A stretch of 64,000 nt of DNA from Candidatus Beckwithbacteria bacterium GW2011_GWC1_49_16 (GTDB lineage: Bacteria; Patescibacteriota; Microgenomatia; UBA1400; CG1-02-47-37), in contig CP011210.1 of the NCBI GenBank assembly GCA_001029675.1, positions 193 through 64,192 of the forward strand, given 5' to 3'. A model generated the notes under the pieces. That model saw only the letters and a list, made by a program, of their open reading frames with translations. It had not been told where the DNA came from and made no database searches. Below are positions 9,474 to 19,337 of this stretch, piece after piece. How positions within the stretch are numbered: the first letter of the stretch is position 1; each line of letters opens with the position of its first letter. Made by a program: the position numbers and the translations under genes.

Positions 9474-10169
9474 ATGGGCTTTTGGGACCTACTTTATCCT
9501 AGGCGCTGCGTCGGTTGCGGCAGAGAGGGGCAGTATTTTTGTGATCGGTGTTTGGCTGAAACCAGTCTTGAGACCGGCTGGCGCTGTCCGGAGTGCAACC
9601 GGGCATCAGTCGGCGGGGTAACCCACTTTGGCTGCAGAAAAAAGCATGGGCTTGACGGTTTGGTGACACTAGCCAGCTATCGAGGCTTGGTGCGTTTAGG
9701 CATTCATGAATTAAAATACCGGTTTTTGACGGACATGGAGAAAGAGATGAGGGGTTTGGCGGCCTTGAGATTAAAAGAGGGGCTAAAAAGCCGGCAAGGG
9801 TTGGAGCTTAGAAACCTAGTCAAAACCAAGCCGGCGGTAGTGCCGGTACCGCTTTATTGGCGGCGAAAAAACTGGCGCGGGTTTAACCAGGCAGAGTTTA
9901 TAGCCAAAATAGTGGCCGACGAGCTTAATCTGCCGCTTAAAACAGATTTTTTAGTGAGGAGCAAACCGACCAAGCCGCAGGTGGAGATGGCGAGAAAAGA
10001 GAGAATAAAGAATGTTAAAAGGGTTTTTGGGGTGGAGGCGGAAAAGTTACCTGAAAAAGCGCTTTTGGTCGACGATGTCTGGACGACCGGGGCGACGATG
10101 CGGGCGGCGGGGGCGGCGCTCAAGCGGGCAGGGGTGAAGGTAGTTTGGGGGCTGGCTTTGTCTAGATAA
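9474..10169 (+). CDS. comF: ComF family competence protein (double zinc ribbon + PRTase)
   Basis: CxxC motifs, VPVPL, RGFNQAE, LLVDDVWTTGAT. Confidence 0.93.
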   Translation: MGFWDLLYPRRCVGCGREGQYFCDRCLAETSLETGWRCPECNRASVGGVTHFGCRKKHGLDGLVTLASYRGLVRLGIHELKYRFLTDMEKEMRGLAALRLKEGLKSRQGLELRNLVKTKPAVVPVPLYWRRKNWRGFNQAEFIAKIVADELNLPLKTDFLVRSKPTKPQVEMARKERIKNVKRVFGVEAEKLPEKALLVDDVWTTGATMRAAGAALKRAGVKVVWGLALSR

Positions 10170-11148
10170 ACTTTTGGATAAAGCGGGCGGCTTTGGCTTT
10201 GGCGCGTTCAGTGACTTTGATATAGACCAGGCCTTGGTGGGGTTGGCCATAAATGACGACGCTGGTTAGGGGAGCGAGCAACACCGCCGGTAAAACCGCC
10301 AGGTCCTCTTCGCCGTCCACCAAGATGACCCGGTGTCCCGGTTGGTAAGTTAACTGTTCAAGCGACTCAAGTAGTTTTTGGGTCAGCCTCCAGGTAATTG
10401 ACCCCGGCGGATTGGCGGCCGTCAGCCTGGGCCAGGAGTTTAAGCCTAAAGAGGCGAGGCTGGTAAAAATTTGCTGCCTTTGGGTTTTAAGATCGACCAC
10501 GGTCAGGTTGGGTTTGAAACCGTGGGAAATAAGCGACATGGTGGCAATGTCGCCGACGCTTATGGTCAAAAACGGCCGGGAGGCGGTAAGTTTCAGTCTG
10601 ACCTGGCGGCTGGTTAAAAGCCGGCTGAAGGGTTTTTTAAGGCTAGGCCGTAAGTTTTTGGGTAAGTAAAGCGGCCGGCGGCTGAAAATCTGGCCGTAAG
10701 CGAGTCCAGCCCGGCTGACTTGACCCTGGCGGATGCGGCTGGAGGAGAGAATTTTTTTGTCGCTGCTTTTAACCAAATCGATGATGACGGGTTTTAAGGA
10801 TTTGAGGTGGCGCTGGCGGCGCAGCCCGTTGATAATTTCTACCTGGTTGGCGGTGTCGGTCGAGGCGATGATGGCGTCAAAGTTGCCAGAAGCGGCCGGT
10901 TCGAGTTCGTCTTTTAAGTCAAAAATAGTGTAGCGGTTGGTAAGACGAGTAAGAAAACGGGAGAGAGTTTGGCGGCGGGAGGCGGGAGTTTGAATCAGGC
11001 CGGCGAGAAATTTTTGCTGGGAAAGCTTGCTTTCCGTCAGGCCGCAAGAAACCAAGTTGGCGTTTTCGGCCGCGGCTGAAAGCAGCCTTTGGTGGCCGAG
11101 GTGAAGGTGGTCAAAGGTGCCGGCGACGACGGCATGGCGAAAGCGCAT
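10162..11148 (-). CDS. coaD: Fusion of archaeal/eukaryotic-type phosphopantetheine adenylyltransferase and DUF359 GTP-dependent dephospho-CoA kinase
   Basis: GTFDHLHLGH and LSSSRIR in the N-domain; VGD, VVDLKTQR, NPPGSIT, VDGEEDL, YGQP in the C-domain. Confidence 0.88.
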   Translation of the reverse strand: MRFRHAVVAGTFDHLHLGHQRLLSAAAENANLVSCGLTESKLSQQKFLAGLIQTPASRRQTLSRFLTRLTNRYTIFDLKDELEPAASGNFDAIIASTDTANQVEIINGLRRQRHLKSLKPVIIDLVKSSDKKILSSSRIRQGQVSRAGLAYGQIFSRRPLYLPKNLRPSLKKPFSRLLTSRQVRLKLTASRPFLTISVGDIATMSLISHGFKPNLTVVDLKTQRQQIFTSLASLGLNSWPRLTAANPPGSITWRLTQKLLESLEQLTYQPGHRVILVDGEEDLAVLPAVLLAPLTSVVIYGQPHQGLVYIKVTERAKAKAARFIQKFI

Positions 11149-11197
11149 AATGTATAATTCTACCAGATTACCCTTCGGTACTTCAGGGTAAAGGAGA

Positions 11198-11282
11198 GGT
11201 GGGGTGCTCCGAATCGGTTAAGGAACCGGTCTTGAAAACCGGCGCCCGCAAGGGCTTGTGAGTTCGAGTCTCACCCCCACCG
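11198..11282 (+). tRNA. tRNA-Ser(TGA)
   Basis: Acceptor GGTGGGG/CCCCACC, anticodon arm CCGGT-CT TGA AA-ACCGG, long variable arm, TTCGAG T loop. Confidence 0.95.
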
Positions 11283-11294
11283 CTAGAATTGTCT

Positions 11295-11840
11295 TTAAGA
11301 GCGGAAGCCAATCTCGGAAATTTCAATTGGGTTGGACTCAAGTTTGTAAGGCCGATCTTTGGCAAAATCTACCATGTCAGGCGATCTGTAAAGCTGATAG
11401 CCTTCTTTTATAAACAGCCCAACAACCTCAATAGGAGTAATCTGAGGGGTGTAGAAAGTTCTGTCGGACAGTGAATAAGCCCAAATGAAAGAATCTCTCA
11501 TTTGGTGGAGACGGGCACCTTTGGGAGTATAGATGAGTCGTTTTGTATCGCCCAAAACTGCGACCGTACCCGACATTTGTTCTTGCGGGTCGGATATAAA
11601 AGGAAAGTACCGGTAGCTGACCCCCGAGCCGATTATCGGAGCCCTGATGTCGTTATCTATGTTTAGCGGCGCGCTCAAATTTTCGAGCTGTTGGTCGGTA
11701 ATAGCGTGGATGACAAACGGAAGACCTGAGCCAATCAGATTTTCTACCAAGGCAACCAGGGGTTGTCGTGGATGGGTGACAACCTCGAACTTAATAGTCT
11801 TAGGGCTGATTTCTCTGGTAAAAAACGGCCTTTCGGACAT
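11295..11840 (-). CDS. Hypothetical protein
   Basis: 181-aa ORF filling the gap between two tRNAs; TGATATAAT 10 nt upstream of its ATG. Confidence 0.65.
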   Translation of the reverse strand: MSERPFFTREISPKTIKFEVVTHPRQPLVALVENLIGSGLPFVIHAITDQQLENLSAPLNIDNDIRAPIIGSGVSYRYFPFISDPQEQMSGTVAVLGDTKRLIYTPKGARLHQMRDSFIWAYSLSDRTFYTPQITPIEVVGLFIKEGYQLYRSPDMVDFAKDRPYKLESNPIEISEIGFRS

Positions 11841-11904
11841 AAGTTTGAGGATTATATCATTGTTTAGAGGCTGTTGGGTTTAATTTGATATAATGGGTTT
11901 TACT

Positions 11905-11991
11905 GGAGGAGTCGCTTAGTTGGTCCATAGCGGTGGTTTGCTAAACCGCTGAGGCGCAAGCCTCACGTGGGTTCGAATCCCACCTCCTCCG
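11905..11991 (+). tRNA. tRNA-Ser(GCT)
   Basis: GGAGGAG/CTCCTCC, GTGGT-TT GCT AA-ACCGC, long variable arm. Confidence 0.95.
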
Positions 11992-12085
11992 CCTTCGTTT
12001 CACGACTTGCTCGCTCGGCGATTTAGCCGGCTTCGCATTCGGAAGCTTCGGCGGACAGGTCCGCTTTGGTGTAGAATAAATAAAT

Positions 12086-12649
12086 ATGACTGCCCTGTTT
12101 AGAAAACCAAGCCCTTTAAAAAAAGAAGAGGTTAAGGAATCGGAAGCGCCTAAGGCTCCTGTAAAAGTGGAAACGCTACTTTCCTGGCAGGCGCCGGTGC
12201 GGCCGTTTAAGAAAAGAGATCGGGAATACTACACCACCATTGGTGCCATCGGCTTTTTGCTGGCGGTGATACTCCTTTTTTTGAAAGAGTGGCTGTTGAT
12301 CGCTGTGATTGCGGCCTTGATGTTTGTGGCTTATGTTTTGGCCACGGTCGAGCCGGAAAAAACCAGCCACGAGATTACCACGGTGGGAATTCTAACGGGG
12401 GATAAGACTTACAAATGGGAAGACTTGAAGCGGTTTTGGTTTGAGACCAAGTGGAGCGATAAGATTTTACACGTCGACACCAAGCTTAGCTTTCCGGGAA
12501 GACTGATGCTCCTTTTAGGCGATACCAGCGAAGAAGAAGTGAAGAAAATTCTTGAACAGCACGTTCAGGAAGAGATACCCGAGGCGACGTTTATGGACAG
12601 GTCGGCTAAGTGGTTATCGGAAAAAGTGCCTTTGGAAAAAGAAAGCTGA
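12086..12649 (+). CDS. Two-TM membrane protein with PH-like C-terminus
   Basis: LSWQAPVRPFKKRDREYY, two TMs, YKWEDLKRFWF. Confidence 0.75.
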   Translation: MTALFRKPSPLKKEEVKESEAPKAPVKVETLLSWQAPVRPFKKRDREYYTTIGAIGFLLAVILLFLKEWLLIAVIAALMFVAYVLATVEPEKTSHEITTVGILTGDKTYKWEDLKRFWFETKWSDKILHVDTKLSFPGRLMLLLGDTSEEEVKKILEQHVQEEIPEATFMDRSAKWLSEKVPLEKES

Positions 12650-12663
12650 TAAAATACAGGTAG

Positions 12664-12735
12664 GCGCCCATAGTTGAATGGATACAACGGAAGATTGCGG
12701 ATCTTCTGGTGAAGGTTCGATTCCTTCTGGGCGCA
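12664..12735 (+). tRNA. tRNA-Arg(GCG)
   Basis: GCGCCCA/TGGGCGC, GAAGA-TT GCG GA-TCTTC, GAAGG-TTCGATT-CCTTC. Confidence 0.92.
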
Positions 12736-12846
12736 CCCATGAGCATTGACTCGGCAGACAAAAATTTTTAGCAGTGCTCACTCGGCGCCACATGGATATG
12801 CGCCATCTTCCGCGCTGGAAAATTTGTCTGCCTGCGTCTGACTATT

Positions 12847-12929
12847 GGAGGGGTGTGCCGAATGGTAAGGCACCGCTCTCGAAAAGCGGCGCCCGCAAGG
12901 GCTTGCAGGTTCGACTCCTGTCCCCTCCG
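12847..12929 (+). tRNA. tRNA-Ser(CGA)
   Basis: GGAGGGG/CCCCTCC, CCGCT-CT CGA AA-AGCGG, long variable arm. Confidence 0.95.
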
Positions 12930-12937
12930 CAACGTAA

Positions 12938-13011
12938 GCGCCTGTAGCTCAGAGGATTAGAGCGTCTGCCTCCGGAGCAGAAGGTCGTGAGTTCGAGTCT
13001 CACCAGGCGTA
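12938..13011 (+). tRNA. tRNA-Arg(CCG)
   Basis: GCGCCTG/CAGGCGT, TCTGC-CT CCG GA-GCAGA. Confidence 0.95.
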
Positions 13012-13013
13012 CT

Positions 13014-13481
13014 ATGAAATCAAAGTCACGACGAGAGTTTTCGGCCGGGGGAGTGGTATACAGGAAACTCGAAGTACGAAACTCGAAGCACGAAACTGTT
13101 TGGTTGGTGTGCAAGCACTCGGGCTATCATCGCTGGGTATTGCCTAAAGGTTTGGTGGAGAAGGGGGAGAGTTTAAAAGACACGGCGGTGCGGGAAGTAG
13201 AGGAGGAGTGTGGCGTTAGAGCCAAAGTAATTGCTAAAATCCCCGAGCCGGAGCGCTACGTTTACACCATGGCTGGGCAAAAAGTGTTTAAGCTGGTGAC
13301 TTATTTTTTGATGGAGTATCAGTCGGGAAACATAAAAGATCACTCGTGGGAGATGGAAGAAGTGGAGTGGTTAGAGTTTGACCAAGCGGTCAAAAGGGTC
13401 GAGTTTAAGGGGGCAAAAGAAGTGTTGGAAAAGGCTAAAAAAATCAGAGACGAGCTGAAGCTAAAACAGAAGTTGATATAA
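13014..13481 (+). CDS. NUDIX hydrolase (Ap4A-hydrolase-like)
   Basis: SAGGVV, LPKGLVEKGESLKDTAVREVEEECG Nudix box; start moved to ATG 13014, after the tRNA. Confidence 0.93.
   Translation: MKSKSRREFSAGGVVYRKLEVRNSKHETVWLVCKHSGYHRWVLPKGLVEKGESLKDTAVREVEEECGVRAKVIAKIPEPERYVYTMAGQKVFKLVTYFLMEYQSGNIKDHSWEMEEVEWLEFDQAVKRVEFKGAKEVLEKAKKIRDELKLKQKLI
13063..13097 (+). repeat. Degenerate heptamer array (CGAARYW)x5 inside the NUDIX gene
   Basis: GGAAACT CGAAGTA CGAAACT CGAAGCA CGAAACT. Confidence 0.85.
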
Positions 13482-13493
13482 TAGGAGAGTCTT

Positions 13494-13582
<89 letters not shown>

Positions 13583-13625
13583 TTTTTCCGACAATGTTGG
13601 GCAATTTTTTTCTTAAGCCAAGGCT

Positions 13626-14291
13626 ATGGACGAAGAACAAAAGATAAAAGAAAAAATAAGCAAGCTAGATCAACTTGATCCACAAAAGTTAATTCCACCA
13701 ATGTTTGCAAACATTCCAGAGATAGCAGGTCAAGTGAAAGTCGTGGCACGTAAATCGGACGGAAATATTGATTACATCATTACAGACGCAGGACAAATGT
13801 CAAGACGACAGATAAGAAATAGCTTTACCTATTTTAATGATGAAGAACTTGACGAGTACCCAGAATTATCAATTGATGAGAATAATTACGCTCGCCCTTT
13901 AGCTTATGGAAATATAAGAGAAATCTCGCCAGATATACTTTTTAGTGGGATGTTTGAGACAAACCCCGCACTCCGAGGAAAAGGAATGGGTGTGGCTTTT
14001 CAGGAACATTTAGTTAATCTAGCAAAAAAGCTGGGTTACAAATTTTTAGCTGGCTATCAAAATAATGCTGAAATTGCCCGCTTCTTTATAAAGCGCGGTC
14101 GCTACCTCCTGGAAGAGATAAAGGATGAATTGCAAGGGGAATTTGAAAGTATAAGAGATCAAGAAAACGACGAAACTTTATTTTACACAGTTAAATTTTT
14201 AAACCCCGAAGACGTCACTCGGTATATCAAACCCGAAAGGATTGATACAAGTGTTGAAGATAAGATTAGATTTAAAGAAGAGATAACTTAA
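13626..14291 (+). CDS. GNAT-like acetyltransferase-domain protein (AT-rich)
   Basis: NPALRGKGMG motif A and N..ARFFIKRG. Confidence 0.65.
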   Translation: MDEEQKIKEKISKLDQLDPQKLIPPMFANIPEIAGQVKVVARKSDGNIDYIITDAGQMSRRQIRNSFTYFNDEELDEYPELSIDENNYARPLAYGNIREISPDILFSGMFETNPALRGKGMGVAFQEHLVNLAKKLGYKFLAGYQNNAEIARFFIKRGRYLLEEIKDELQGEFESIRDQENDETLFYTVKFLNPEDVTRYIKPERIDTSVEDKIRFKEEIT

Positions 14292-14378
14292 GTTTGTCAT
14301 CGGCTATTTAGCCGCGCCCCGCTCAGGAAATTAACGGGGAAAGCCTAATAACAGGGGAAAAGTGTTACAATAAGGAAT

Positions 14379-16172
14379 ATGGATCAGGTGGAGCAGGTAA
14401 GGCAAAAGACCGATATAGTCGAGATTATTTCCGAGGCGGTGCCTTTGAAAAAAGCCGGCCGAAACTTTAAGGCTTTGTGTCCGTTTCATGAGGAAAAGAC
14501 GCCGTCTTTCATGGTTAACCCGGAGCGGCAGATCTTCAAGTGTTTCGGCTGCGGCATCGGCGGTGATGTTTATAAGTTTGTGATGGAGCGGGAAAAAATT
14601 GACTTTGGCGAGGTTTTGAGGATGTTGGCCGACAGGGCCGGGGTGGAGCTAGTGAGCTACCGGCCGAGCGAGGAGCAAAAGAAAAAGGAGCGGTTGTTTG
14701 AAGTTAATCATTTAGCCAGCGAGTATTACCACTATTTACTCACCGAGCATAAGGTGGGTAAAAAAGCCTTGGAATATTTATTGAAACGGGGAGTGGCTAA
14801 GGCGTCGATTCGATTGTTTAAATTAGGTTTTGCGCCGGAGGAGTGGGCGGGGTTGAAGAATTTTTTGGTGAAAAAGAAAGGTTACAAGGTAGAGGAGCTT
14901 GAGGCAGCGGGGTTGGCGATAAAGGGGGAGAGGGGATATTACGATCGGTTTCGGGGCCGGGTGGTATTTGCCTTGTTTGACCATCGGGGCCGGGTGGTGG
15001 GGTTTGCCGGCAGAACCTTAGACCCTGATGCCCGCGAGGCTAAGTATGTCAATACTCCGGAGACGCCGCTTTACCATAAATCAAACGTGCTTTACGGGTT
15101 GGAAACGACCAAGGATGAAATAAAGAAAAAAAATCAAGCGGTGGTGGTGGAGGGAGAGCTGGATATGATTTCTTCGTACCAGGCGGGAGTGAAAAACGCG
15201 GTGGCGATTAAAGGGACGGCGTTAACGGCTGAACAGGTAGAATTACTGTCGCGCTTCACGGAAAACTTGGCCTTGGCTTTGGACGAGGACGCGGCCGGGG
15301 ATCAAGCCGCCCGAAGGGGAATTGAGTTGGCCGAGCAAGCCGGGCTGAACGTGAGGGTGATTAAACTCAAATACGGCAAAGACCCGGACGAGTGTGTCCA
15401 AAAGGATGCCAGGTTGTGGCGGGAGTCGGTTAAAGAAGCAGTGCCGATATATGACTTTTACATCGCCTCGGCGGTCAAACGCTACGGCGTGGATACGCCG
15501 GAGGGCAAGCGCAAGGTGAGCGAGGAAGTAGTCGAGGTTTTGGCAGGAGTAACTAACCAGGTAATCAAAAACCACTACGTTAAGAAGCTGGCCGAAAAGC
15601 TTGGCGTCACCGAAGAAGCGGTGACGATGGAGGTGGACAAGTCCCGGTCCACGACTTCTAGTCGGGACCGAGGATCCACGGCTGATAAGCCGGGAGCAGA
15701 GAAGTTTGTCGACTCCGCTGGCGGCAAGAGCCGGGAGGAAAGGTTGGCAGAATACACCCTGGCTTTGGTGTTAAACATCGATGCCGAGGTTGAGGCACTG
15801 GTCAAGCAGGTGGACGAGAAAGCTTTGCCCGAGGGGGCGGTTAAAAAAGTGATCGAGAAGCTTAAAGCTTGGTTTAAGGCGAAGAAAAAGTGGGAGGTGA
15901 ATAAGTTTGTCCGTAGCCTGCCGGAAGAGTTGACGGCGGCGGTGGACAGAGCCTATTTAACCGAGGTTGACAGGGCGGAAAGAGACATTGACAAGCTGGA
16001 GTTGGAGCTATCCCGGGCGATGGCGGAGCTAACTAAATCCAGGCTGAAAGGTAAGCTTAACCGGCTTTCGGAGAGAATCAAACAGGTCGAAGCCGAAGGC
16101 AAGAAAAACACCTTGAATAAACTTAAGCAGGAGTTTGTCGAAACAGCCAAAAGATTGAAGGTGGTTGGTTAA
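14379..16172 (+). CDS. dnaG: DNA primase
   Basis: CPFHEEKTPSF...CFGC zinc finger, YDRFRGR, KYVNTPET, VVEGELD, D.D.AG, KDPD. Confidence 0.98.
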   Translation: MDQVEQVRQKTDIVEIISEAVPLKKAGRNFKALCPFHEEKTPSFMVNPERQIFKCFGCGIGGDVYKFVMEREKIDFGEVLRMLADRAGVELVSYRPSEEQKKKERLFEVNHLASEYYHYLLTEHKVGKKALEYLLKRGVAKASIRLFKLGFAPEEWAGLKNFLVKKKGYKVEELEAAGLAIKGERGYYDRFRGRVVFALFDHRGRVVGFAGRTLDPDAREAKYVNTPETPLYHKSNVLYGLETTKDEIKKKNQAVVVEGELDMISSYQAGVKNAVAIKGTALTAEQVELLSRFTENLALALDEDAAGDQAARRGIELAEQAGLNVRVIKLKYGKDPDECVQKDARLWRESVKEAVPIYDFYIASAVKRYGVDTPEGKRKVSEEVVEVLAGVTNQVIKNHYVKKLAEKLGVTEEAVTMEVDKSRSTTSSRDRGSTADKPGAEKFVDSAGGKSREERLAEYTLALVLNIDAEVEALVKQVDEKALPEGAVKKVIEKLKAWFKAKKKWEVNKFVRSLPEELTAAVDRAYLTEVDRAERDIDKLELELSRAMAELTKSRLKGKLNRLSERIKQVEAEGKKNTLNKLKQEFVETAKRLKVVG

Positions 16173-16190
16173 CTGATATAATCAGAGACT

Positions 16191-17294
16191 ATGGCAGTAA
16201 AATCCCCTAAAAAGCTCAAGCCCTTAGACACGACTAAGCTACTAAAAAAAGCGAAAAAAGAAGGTTTTGTCACCCAAGACGAGATTTTAAAGCTGTTTGC
16301 CGACGCCGAGCACAGAGTAGATGAGTTGGACGCTTTATACGATAAGCTCGACCGCTACAACATCGACGTTTTTGATACGTCTGACGAAGAGTTAAAAGCC
16401 GACGCCAAGGCGGCGACAGAGTTGGAGAAAGAACTGGATGATTTATCTAAACTTGAGGCCAAAGGCAGCGCCGATCCGGTGCGGATGTATTTAAAAGAGA
16501 TCGGCCGGATTCCGCTTTTGACCCGGGAGCAGGAGATCGAACTGGCCCAAAAAGTGGAAAAGGGCGATAAAAAGGCCAAAGAGCATTTGACCACGTCGAA
16601 CTTGAGGCTGGTGGTGTCGATTGCCAAAAAGTATATTGGCCGGGGGATGAGCTTTTTGGACTTGATTCAGGAAGGCAACAAGGGCTTGATCCGGGCGGTG
16701 GAAAAGTACGACTGGACCAAGGGGTTTAAGTTTTCGACTTACGCGACTTGGTGGATCCGCCAGGCGATTACCCGGGCGATCGCCGACCAGGCCAGAACCA
16801 TCAGGATTCCGGTGCACATGGTGGAGACGATCAATAAGCTCATCCGCATCAGCCGCAAGCTGATGCAGGAGTTGGGCCGGGAGCCGGCGCCGGAAGAGAT
16901 TGCTAAAGAAATGGATATTGAGCCGTCGAAGGTTCGGGAAATAATGAAGATTAGCCAAAAAACCACTTCGTTGGAAACGCCGATCGGGGACGATGAGGAC
17001 AGCTACCTGGGTGACTTTATTCCCGATGACACCCAGCTGTCGCCCTATGACGTGACTTCGATAAAGATGCTCAAGGAGAACGTTGACGAGGTGTTAAAGT
17101 CGCTTTCGGACCGGGAGGCCAGGGTACTGAAGATGCGTTTTGGGCTGGAGGGAAATAAAAGGCCGATGACTTTGGAGGAGGTGGGCCGCGAATTCGGCGT
17201 CACCCGCGAGCGCATCCGCCAAATTGAAGCCAAGGCTTTAAGAAAGTTAAAGCACCCGTCGCAAAGAAAGAAACTTCAGGACTACTTAGACTAA
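16191..17294 (+). CDS. rpoD: Primary sigma-70 factor
   Basis: [64 protein letters not shown]. Confidence 0.98.
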   Translation: MAVKSPKKLKPLDTTKLLKKAKKEGFVTQDEILKLFADAEHRVDELDALYDKLDRYNIDVFDTSDEELKADAKAATELEKELDDLSKLEAKGSADPVRMYLKEIGRIPLLTREQEIELAQKVEKGDKKAKEHLTTSNLRLVVSIAKKYIGRGMSFLDLIQEGNKGLIRAVEKYDWTKGFKFSTYATWWIRQAITRAIADQARTIRIPVHMVETINKLIRISRKLMQELGREPAPEEIAKEMDIEPSKVREIMKISQKTTSLETPIGDDEDSYLGDFIPDDTQLSPYDVTSIKMLKENVDEVLKSLSDREARVLKMRFGLEGNKRPMTLEEVGREFGVTRERIRQIEAKALRKLKHPSQRKKLQDYLD

Positions 17295-17317
17295 GCGTGG
17301 TAAAATATTAGTCACGT

Positions 17318-17389
17318 TCCGGGGTAGCTCAATGGCAGAGCAAGCGCCTGTTAAGCGCAAGGTTGCGAGTTCGAATCTCGCCTCCGGAG
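17318..17389 (+). tRNA. tRNA-Asn(GTT)
   Basis: TCCGGGG/CTCCGGA, GCGC-CT GTT AA-GCGC, GCGAG-TTCGAAT-CTCGC. Confidence 0.93.
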
Positions 17390-17437
17390 CACATCATACA
17401 AAGTTCGAATTATTGATTCCAGTGTTATACTTTAATA

Positions 17438-17710
17438 ATGGTGAAATTAAATTTTCTGAAACCTCAAGCAAGAAACCTTTTGATAACTTTTGTAGTTTTA
17501 CTTTTACCTCTCATTAGAGAAAGGGCTCCATTAACCACTGGCGGATATGAGGTATCGCGTTATAGCCCACTGCTTTTGCTTTCTTTATATTTACAAATGG
17601 GAGACTATTATCCTTTCTTGTTAATGGTAGGATTTTCGCTAGTGGTTTATTTTGGGGTATCGGCTATCTTAGCCATTTCTTTAAGGCTCTTCACGAATAA
17701 GAAAAAATAA
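17438..17710 (+). CDS. Small membrane protein
   Basis: 90 aa, hydrophobic, AT-rich; TATACT just upstream of the ATG. Confidence 0.7.
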   Translation: MVKLNFLKPQARNLLITFVVLLLPLIRERAPLTTGGYEVSRYSPLLLLSLYLQMGDYYPFLLMVGFSLVVYFGVSAILAISLRLFTNKKK

Positions 17711-17807
17711 TTTCAGGTTTGTTTTCGTAAAACCAGTTTCGAAGTTTGTATGCTAGGGGGAGCCAAGCAGGATTCGAACTTAATGGCTGGTTTGGTAAAA
17801 TTGGGAA

Positions 17808-18308
17808 ATGAGTAAAGTGAAAATAATTCAGAGTTTTGAAAAGGGGATTGTGGTAATGCACAATGCCGGTTTATGGATGGAGAAGAGTGGGTTGAAGCCT
17901 AATAAATGGTGGAAGCCGGAGAACATGAATCGTAATTTTATACTAAAGCACACAGAGCCTGATGAGTTTTATGTGGCTTTAGTGGGAGATAAGCCAGCGG
18001 CTTCTATGGTTCTTCAGGAAACAGAGAGAAACCAAAGCTGGAAGAGCGTTGATGGGGATAAACCCAAAAGAGCTTTATATCTTCATTGGTTATGTGTGCA
18101 AAGGGACTTTGCCGGCAAGGGTTTTCCTAAAGTGATGGTGGAGTTTGCCAAAGGCGAAGCAAAAAAGAGAGGTTTTAGTTTATTAAGGCTTGATACGAAT
18201 GCCAACGAAGAAAAGCTGTGCTCGCTTTATGAAGGGTTGGGTTTTAGGTTGATGGGAAACGAAGAAGGAGATGGGCACAAAACGGCTTTTTACCAAATAA
18301 GGCTTTAG
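17808..18308 (+). CDS. GNAT N-acetyltransferase
   Basis: LYLHWLCVQRDFAGKG, LRLDT...KLCSLYEGLGF. Confidence 0.9.
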   Translation: MSKVKIIQSFEKGIVVMHNAGLWMEKSGLKPNKWWKPENMNRNFILKHTEPDEFYVALVGDKPAASMVLQETERNQSWKSVDGDKPKRALYLHWLCVQRDFAGKGFPKVMVEFAKGEAKKRGFSLLRLDTNANEEKLCSLYEGLGFRLMGNEEGDGHKTAFYQIRL

Positions 18309-18405
18309 GCTGAGGATTTTATCCCAGAAGGGGAGCTGCGCCTTTGCCTCAAGAAAATAAATTGACATCGTATGGGAAGATAGAGCTTTTGGGTATAATG
18401 TATCA

Positions 18406-18741
18406 GTGAAGCTAAAAACATTAACTCAATATCAAGAAGAAGTAAAAAGGCTGGTAAAGAAGTTTAACTTGAACTGGTCTGTTTATATCCGATATATTCA
18501 TTTGGTTGAAGAGATTGGTGAGTTAGGCGAGGCGATTACAGTTCATCAAGGCGACAGAAAGGCGGGTTCAGGCGAGTCCGCTCTCGCAGATCATACAGAC
18601 TTAAAAGAAGAGCTCGGCGATGCTCTTTTCGGATTGATTGATATTGCCAGTCAGTTAGGGATTAGTATGGGTGAGGCATTAGAAGATGCTTTTAGGAGGT
18701 ATGAAGGAAAACTGAACAGTTTAAATAAAAAGATAGAGTGA
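18406..18741 (+). CDS. MazG-like nucleotide pyrophosphohydrolase
   Basis: LVEEIGELGEA...EELGD. Confidence 0.88.
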   Translation: MKLKTLTQYQEEVKRLVKKFNLNWSVYIRYIHLVEEIGELGEAITVHQGDRKAGSGESALADHTDLKEELGDALFGLIDIASQLGISMGEALEDAFRRYEGKLNSLNKKIE

Positions 18742-18848
18742 AGTCCTAACTTGGTCTAATGCGGGGAGGCAATATTTCTAGCTTTAAATAGCCTCAACAC
18801 CTATGCGTAGTTTCTTAATTTAACTTAGAACTTAGTATAATAACGTTT

Positions 18849-19337
18849 ATGAAAAGAAAATCTATCGTTTATCTAATTTGTGGATTTATCGGTGCTGGTA
18901 AAACTGCTTTTGCAAAGAAGCTAGAGGAAAAAACTGGTGCAGTGAGAATCACGAAAGATGAGTGGTCAATTCGTTTAATTGGAAACGATCCTACAATCGA
19001 TGGATATGAGGAATGGGATCATAAAATCTGCGATTTATCAAGGGATTTTGCATTCCAGCTTGCTGAAAAAGGGATTGATGTTATTATTGACGAGGGATTT
19101 TGGGAAAAAGAACTACGAGAGGAAATGAGAAGGAGAACAGGTAGAATTGGTGCTAAAGCTGTAATGTACTATGTTGAGACGCCGATAGAAACGATACGAG
19201 AAAGGGTTGTGGGAAGAAACGATAATCTCACGAAAGACTCGTTTAAGATTAGCAGAGAAATGTTTGAAAATTACCTGAAGTATTGGCAACCTCCTAGTGA
19301 AGATGAGGATTACGTTCTTGCCAGTGAAGTGAAATAA
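18849..19337 (+). CDS. AAA_33-type P-loop kinase
   Basis: ICGFIGAGKT, DEW, VIIDEGFW...R. Confidence 0.88.
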   Translation: MKRKSIVYLICGFIGAGKTAFAKKLEEKTGAVRITKDEWSIRLIGNDPTIDGYEEWDHKICDLSRDFAFQLAEKGIDVIIDEGFWEKELREEMRRRTGRIGAKAVMYYVETPIETIRERVVGRNDNLTKDSFKISREMFENYLKYWQPPSEDEDYVLASEVK

